From NCBI GenBank assembly GCA_963668285.1, contig OY764630.1, positions 2,232-66,231 on the forward strand: a stretch of 64,000 bases of DNA, given 5' to 3'. Both the position numbers and the translations under genes were made by a program. Below, piece after piece: positions 59,041 to 64,000 of the stretch (positions are counted from its first letter, which is position 1; every line of letters begins with the position of its first letter). The stretch comes from an uncultured Lewinella sp. Its GTDB lineage: Bacteria; Bacteroidota; Bacteroidia; Chitinophagales; Saprospiraceae. Below the pieces are notes generated by a model. That model did no database searches and was not told where the DNA came from. It saw only the letters and a list, made by a program, of their open reading frames with translations.

Positions 59041-59883
59041 ATGAAGCCCGATACCAAAGAATTTAGCTGGCACGACGAGGACGGCAACCGCATCTACGCC
59101 GTTGAATGGCCGACCGGCGAGCCGATCGCCGTCCTGGGCATCATTCACGGTATCGGAGAACATAGTCGCCGCTACGATCACCTCGCCGGCTTTTTTACGG
59201 ATAACCGCATTGCCTGTATGTCCTACGACCGGATCGGGCACGGCCGCAGCGAAGGGAAGCGGGGCCACGCCAAAGACTACCGCTTATTCGTGGACGAGGC
59301 CGCCCGGCTCACCGCCACGATGAACCAGCGTTACCCGAGTTTACCCGTACTCCTTTATGGCCACAGTATGGGCGGTCAGGTACTCCTACGCTACCTGATC
59401 CGACGGAACCCCTCCCTTACCGGTGCCATCGTCTCCGCGCCGCACATCAGACTCCCCTTCACGCCGAACCCCTGGCAGGTTCGCCTCGGCAAACTGATGC
59501 GCCGACTTAAACCGGACTTCACGCAGCCTAATCCACTCGAATTGAGCCAGCTGAGCCGCGACGGGCGGGTCGGGGAACAATATACCCAAGACCCGCTGAC
59601 CCACCGCTTACTCAGCGCGCAAACCGGTATCGACTTGTTGGACAATGCCGCCGTCCTCGATGCCTACGCCGCCGGCATCAAGATCCCTACCTTATTGATG
59701 CACGGATCCGCCGATGGCATCACGTCCGCCGACGGGTCGCGTGCCTTCTACGAGCGTAACGCGACGGGCCTGACCTATAAGGTATGGCCGGGCTTCTACC
59801 ACGAGCTCCACAACGAACCGGAATGGCGCGAGGTCTGCCAGTACGTACTCGACTGGATGCAACCATTGATCCCGAAACGCTAA
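59041..59883 (+). CDS. Alpha/beta hydrolase (lysophospholipase/monoglyceride lipase-like)
   Basis: HGIGEH..RY, GHGRS, GHSMGG, HGSAD, YHELHNE. Confidence 0.92.
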   Translation: MKPDTKEFSWHDEDGNRIYAVEWPTGEPIAVLGIIHGIGEHSRRYDHLAGFFTDNRIACMSYDRIGHGRSEGKRGHAKDYRLFVDEAARLTATMNQRYPSLPVLLYGHSMGGQVLLRYLIRRNPSLTGAIVSAPHIRLPFTPNPWQVRLGKLMRRLKPDFTQPNPLELSQLSRDGRVGEQYTQDPLTHRLLSAQTGIDLLDNAAVLDAYAAGIKIPTLLMHGSADGITSADGSRAFYERNATGLTYKVWPGFYHELHNEPEWREVCQYVLDWMQPLIPKR

Positions 59884-59892
59884 AGGCACCGA

Positions 59893-61146
59893 TTAGCGTT
59901 CGTTCGTCCTGGGCGCGGCGTGTACCCGGCCCTTATCGAACCGGATGATCAACTCTTCGTCGCCCACCTCGTCCGCGTCGGTGATTAGCTTGCCGGATTG
60001 GCTGACGAGGGCGTAACCTCTGGCCAGCGTAGTCTCCGGGCGCAACGCGGTAAGCAAACGTTCGCGCGCGAGGAGATCGCCGGATGCCTGCGCCAGCGCC
60101 CGACGGGGTAAATCCGCTAATTGTCGTTCCCGCTGTTGCAGTCGCTCACGCTCGTAGCGAACCGCCCGCGCCCCCGACTGCTGAATGGACGTACGGAGGC
60201 GATCGACCGCCGGCCCCTCACGGTCGAGTATTCCACGAGTGGCACCATGTATCTTTCTGCCTATCGACCGTACGTAACCTTCGGCACGCAGCAAGCGATC
60301 GATCAGGAAGACGGCTGCGGCCGTGGGTGTTTTAAGTTTTGTGTGGGCGACTTGGTCGACGATCGCCTCATCGATTTCGTGGCCGATACCGGTGATGACC
60401 GGCAGGGGGTAGTCGGCGATCGAACGGGCGAGCTGCTCATCGTCGAATGCCACGAGGTCGGTCCGCCCGCCCCCGCCGCGAATGATAACGACTGCGTCGA
60501 ACGGCTCGCGGCCTTTAATAATTTGCCGGAGGCGGCTGGCTATCTCGTCGCCAGCCTGTACCCCCTGCATGGCCGCGGGGAACAGTCGTAGCTGAAACGC
60601 ATAGCCATAGGGGTTAGCCGTCAGCTGACGGCGAAAGTCCGCGAGCCCGGCCGCCGTTTCGCTCGAGATCACCGCCAGGCGCTGTGGCGTTTGCGATAAC
60701 CGTAGTTGGCTATTTTTAGCGAGTAGCCCTTCCTCGGACAGGCGCCGCAACGTTTCCTGCCGCCGCCGTTCCAAATCGCCAATGGTGTGGTCTGGATCGA
60801 TCTCTTCCACCACCAGCCGAAGGCCGTAGTGGGCGTGAAACGAGGTAACTACCCTGAGGCGAACGGACATACCTTCCTGAAATATGCCGCGCAACAACTT
60901 TAGGCCGTGCTTGCGCTGTAGCTCGTTCACTTTAGTCTTCCAAACGACGGCCTCCAACTTTGCGATGATGGCCGCGCCATCCGGGTCTTTCTGGACGAGC
61001 GTAAGCCAGGTGTGGCCGCGGGAAGGATTTGCCTGCGCGAGTTCGGCGGCAATCCATACCGGTTGCGGCAGATTCAGCGCGAACACCCGGCGGATAAAAT
61101 TCGTCAACTCCGAAAGCTGATAAGTTGTAGTGCTCTGTTCGGCCAT
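59893..61146 (-). CDS. xseA: Exodeoxyribonuclease VII large subunit
   Basis: OB-fold N-terminus, AAG..DF, IIRGGGG, VITGIGHE.D, TPTAAA, LARGYA. Confidence 0.95.
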   Translation of the reverse strand: MAEQSTTTYQLSELTNFIRRVFALNLPQPVWIAAELAQANPSRGHTWLTLVQKDPDGAAIIAKLEAVVWKTKVNELQRKHGLKLLRGIFQEGMSVRLRVVTSFHAHYGLRLVVEEIDPDHTIGDLERRRQETLRRLSEEGLLAKNSQLRLSQTPQRLAVISSETAAGLADFRRQLTANPYGYAFQLRLFPAAMQGVQAGDEIASRLRQIIKGREPFDAVVIIRGGGGRTDLVAFDDEQLARSIADYPLPVITGIGHEIDEAIVDQVAHTKLKTPTAAAVFLIDRLLRAEGYVRSIGRKIHGATRGILDREGPAVDRLRTSIQQSGARAVRYERERLQQRERQLADLPRRALAQASGDLLARERLLTALRPETTLARGYALVSQSGKLITDADEVGDEELIIRFDKGRVHAAPRTNER

Positions 61147-61178
61147 CCCCGGTAAATGTATACCGATAGCTCCGCACC

Positions 61179-61211
61179 AAAAAATGAGAGCCCGACCGAA
61201 GTCAAGCCCTC
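61179..61211 (-). terminator. Intrinsic terminator with cUUCGg tetraloop
   Basis: On the minus strand, gagggcttgac-ttcg-gtcgggctctc followed by atttttt. The G-U wobbles only pair in this orientation. Confidence 0.8.
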
Positions 61212-61415
61212 TTAGAAAAACACCTAAAACCCATATTCATATCATGAAAAACCTCTCTGGTTGCCTAGTGCGGAGGTTCCGAAAAAGCTCCGTCCTATGC
61301 AAGAGACACCTTTGAGACGTCAGGAGGCTTCTATGGTCACATCGATTGCTGAGATATTTGAAATTCTTTGCCGGCCAGGGCATTTAATTCGACAGTAGTG
61401 GTAGGCAACTGGCCT
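61179..61415 (-). ncRNA. Candidate structured small RNA (family unassigned)
   Basis: Orphan minus-strand terminator, long-range stem gttgccta/taggcaac, internal hairpins, and a possible -7 element TAAATTGC at 61427-61420. Confidence 0.5.
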
Positions 61416-61508
61416 GTGCGCAATTTACCAACACAAATTAGGAATTACCGAATGATAGCCGTTTAAAATTCCAGAAAACCCCGAAACACAAGCATACAAA
61501 CAGTTCCC

Positions 61509-62120
61509 ATGACAACCGAAGAGTTCTGGCGGAAAGGCTGGTCGCTGCTACGGCGGGCGACCGTCGATAAGAAGCACGCCTTCAACACCGCCACCTACGC
61601 CACCGTTACCGAACGGCCCGGGGCGGGCGGGCGTAAGGTCCTCACCCCCGCAGTACGCACGCTGGTGCTGCGCAAGGCCGATTCGGATCGGGGCGCACTA
61701 ACCGCCTACACCGATACGAGATCCGATAAAGTAAGTCAACTGGACTTGACGACCGATTCCGCCTGGTGCTTTTGGGATCGAAAAAGCTCCGTACAGTTCA
61801 GGGCTTCGGGGCCTACCAGCGTGCTCGTACCGGAGGAGGCAGGCACCAATTTCAAGCAGTTGCCCAAGCATAGCCGCAAAGCCTACGCTACGATCGCCGG
61901 GCCGGGTACCCCCCTGCTCTCGGCGGGGGACGGCCTCCCCGAAGACTGGGAATCGCGGCCACTGGCCGCTACCGACTACGCCTCCGGGAACTTCACTTTA
62001 TTGACCACCACCATCCTGGAAGCGGACCTGCTGCTGCTGGCCAGAGACGGGCACCGCCGCCTAAAAGCCATCCGCTCCGGGGCGACCGCCCCCTGGAATT
62101 TTAGGTGGGTAGTGCCCTGA
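61509..62120 (+). CDS. Pyridoxamine 5'-phosphate oxidase-like FMN-binding protein (Alr4036-like)
   Basis: ATYATV...PAVRTLVLR, TDTRSDKV, CFWD...QFR, HRR, C-terminal W..VP. Confidence 0.85.
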   Translation: MTTEEFWRKGWSLLRRATVDKKHAFNTATYATVTERPGAGGRKVLTPAVRTLVLRKADSDRGALTAYTDTRSDKVSQLDLTTDSAWCFWDRKSSVQFRASGPTSVLVPEEAGTNFKQLPKHSRKAYATIAGPGTPLLSAGDGLPEDWESRPLAATDYASGNFTLLTTTILEADLLLLARDGHRRLKAIRSGATAPWNFRWVVP

Positions 62121-62156
62121 ACGGTTACCTTAGTAGCTGACCAACGTACGCACCAC

Positions 62157-63155
62157 TTGCTATCTAGAAGCTTCTATCTAGGCCTGGCCCTCCTGCTAAC
62201 CACTACCGCCGCGGCCCAAGAGTCGCTCTTCGACTTCCTGGCGGCGGGCAACGATACGGCGGTAGTTTGGGTGGAGATGGATTACCGGGATCTCCTGCGT
62301 AACAAGACGGAGAAGCAGTACCAATCCGCAACCGTTCACGTGGCTTTGGGGGAAGATTCCTGGGCCTTCCCCGGCAAGGTCCGCCCCCGCGGGCACGCGC
62401 GCCTCGAAGTTTGTCAGCACCCTTCCCTCAAGATCAAACTTAAAAAGGGGCCGCTACTTACGGCCGGATTCAGCGACCTGAACGAACTGAAGCTGGTACA
62501 GCCTTGCTACGATAATGCGCTCGGGCAAACGTACCTGGAGCGGGAGCACCTGGTGTACCGGCTACTCGGGGTCTATACGGAGCACATTCATCGTACCGTC
62601 CCGCTAAGGTTACGCCTGGCGGCCTCCGCCGGTGAAGAGACCTATACGCGAGCCTTCCTGATCGAGGAGGAAGAGCAACTGGCGTACCGATACGGCGGCA
62701 GGATACACACCGGTAAGGCAGCCAGCACGCGCGCGCTCGTCCGCGAAGCGTACGTTAGTATGTGCCTATTCAATTATTTGATCCTGAATACGGACTGGTC
62801 CGTCTTCAATCTACACAACGTCGAGATCGTAACCGATACCTCCGGCGGTGGGAACTTCGTACCGATCCCCTATGATTTCGACTACTCCGGTTTCGTGAAT
62901 ACCCGTTATGCCGTGCCACTCGAGCAGTTGGAGATCAGTTCTATTTTGGAAGCGAAGTGGTTGGGGCGCAACGTCACCGCCACCGAAATACAGGCCGCCG
63001 CCGCCCACTTCCTGCAAAGATCGAAAGAGGCCCGTGCGCTCATCCACGGTAGCCGCACCATCAGCCCCTATACCCGCAAGCGCTGGCTTAAGCGGCTAAC
63101 GGAATTCGACAAGCTATTGCGCAACGAGCGTAAACTCCTGCGGTTGATTAAGTGA
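62157..63155 (+). CDS. Secreted hypothetical protein with CotH-like kinase motif order
   Basis: Signal peptide; motifs RPRG..R, LKL, EHLVYRL, FLIE, LILNTDW, HNV, PIPYDFD. TTG start. Confidence 0.65.
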   Translation: MLSRSFYLGLALLLTTTAAAQESLFDFLAAGNDTAVVWVEMDYRDLLRNKTEKQYQSATVHVALGEDSWAFPGKVRPRGHARLEVCQHPSLKIKLKKGPLLTAGFSDLNELKLVQPCYDNALGQTYLEREHLVYRLLGVYTEHIHRTVPLRLRLAASAGEETYTRAFLIEEEEQLAYRYGGRIHTGKAASTRALVREAYVSMCLFNYLILNTDWSVFNLHNVEIVTDTSGGGNFVPIPYDFDYSGFVNTRYAVPLEQLEISSILEAKWLGRNVTATEIQAAAAHFLQRSKEARALIHGSRTISPYTRKRWLKRLTEFDKLLRNERKLLRLIK

Positions 63156-63157
63156 AA

Positions 63158-64000
63158 TCAGCGAATCAGCAGGCGCCTGATGAAGGCTGCACCGTGGCGC
63201 ATGCTCCCCCGCACCCAGTATACCCCGCCGGGCAACGCGCCGACGGGGATCGTTGCCTCCGACCGCCCCGGGCCAACCGCGGCGGCTTTCGACCAGACGA
63301 GCAGCCCGCCTGCATTATACAGTTCCAGGTCGATCGACCGCCCGGCGGTACGCCCGGTCAAGGATAGGGTCACATGCCCACTGGCCGGATTCGGGAACAG
63401 TTCGATCCGTACCTCTCGGTCATCGGTCAGTACGGAAGTGGTCATTTCGGGGCCGACGAAGAGTTCTTTGAAGACGGTTCGGGAGCACCCATCCTCATAA
63501 GCCCCCTGCAAGGCGAGTTCAACCGTACCCGTATCGGCGAAGACCACCTGCGGGGCGGCAACCGGGGCAAGAATACTATCACCCAAACGCCATTCGAAGC
63601 TGCTTACACCGGGCGGGGCGTTGGCCTGAAGTATAACCGGTTCACCCGACAGGACCATATCGGGTACGTCAATTCCTAGCGGGAAGGAAGGCTCGTCGAT
63701 AGTGAGCAAGATATCCAAGGTGTCGTGATAGCCACTCCGGCTGGCCCGTAGCGATATACGGTACTCCCCCGGCTCTTCGAAATCGTAGGTGGGCTCGGCC
63801 AGCGTACTCGTATCAGTTTCGCTAAACGTCCAGAAGTATTCATCGGCAAATTCGGTATGGTTGGCACAGTGAATCCTGGTTTTGCAAGTTGTGTCCGCCG
63901 TTAAAGCGAACCCTACCCGCGGCTGCGGATGAACGGTCAATCTGGTCACCACCGATATAGTGGTGTCGGTGACGCCGCTAACCGCGATCTGAATATGACT
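63158..64000 (-). CDS. PKD-domain protein with T9SS type A C-terminal sorting domain (5' end outside window)
   Basis: PKD motifs (YFWTF...EP.YDF..PGEY.ISL; FEWRLGD) and CTD LFPNPA...ELYNAGG...LPGGVYWV. Frame is open to the window edge. Confidence 0.88.
   Translation of the reverse strand, partial: SHIQIAVSGVTDTTISVVTRLTVHPQPRVGFALTADTTCKTRIHCANHTEFADEYFWTFSETDTSTLAEPTYDFEEPGEYRISLRASRSGYHDTLDILLTIDEPSFPLGIDVPDMVLSGEPVILQANAPPGVSSFEWRLGDSILAPVAAPQVVFADTGTVELALQGAYEDGCSRTVFKELFVGPEMTTSVLTDDREVRIELFPNPASGHVTLSLTGRTAGRSIDLELYNAGGLLVWSKAAAVGPGRSEATIPVGALPGGVYWVRGSMRHGAAFIRRLLIR

Noticed and set aside
59014-59268. Long N-terminal extensions on fmt (similarly argS, the MBL hydrolase, the S8 peptidase and the 29664 gene)
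   Set aside because: Some extensions overlap divergent genes and the rest run through promoter or intergenic DNA; downstream ATGs fit the family N-termini.
61130-61315. 61-aa plus-strand ORF and its 23-aa sub-ORF MKNLSGCLVRR...
   Set aside because: It overlaps the xseA start and a minus-strand terminator and has no recognisable features; the ncRNA interpretation is preferred, though the sub-ORF is not excluded.

Overview
This GC-rich bacterial window is almost certainly from Bacteroidota: it has T9SS C-terminal sorting domains, TAnnTTTG-type -7 promoter elements and no Shine-Dalgarno signals. The gene content suggests Saprospirales/Lewinellaceae, which is an inference. It is mostly core chromosome, about 51 genes, including fahA, ptrB, miaA, trpEG-BA, argS, folE, queD, lon, ppk1, fmt and xseA. 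I found no tRNA, rRNA, CRISPR array, IS or prophage. Notable features: (1) an unannotated Trp leader peptide (MQATRNNLWWWQRTFPRAT) with attenuator, ahead of a trp operon that lacks trpD/C/F, has a palindromic repeat at that gap and is coupled to miaA; (2) an orphan structured ncRNA candidate at about 61180-61415 (-) carrying an anti-'AUGAAAAA' tract; (3) a stand-alone HEPN RNase-like protein with a motif resembling the Bacteroidota IF-2 linker; (4) a LexA/CI-like S24 repressor that has lost both its Ala-Gly cleavage site and its catalytic Lys, and sits behind a nested palindromic operator; (5) a TPR-AAA ATPase plus TPR-membrane protein pair; (6) many promoters placed 4 nt before the ATG, suggesting leaderless mRNAs; (7) two genes split by single-base shifts in C homopolymers. 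All calls come from motif recognition by eye; no searches were run.
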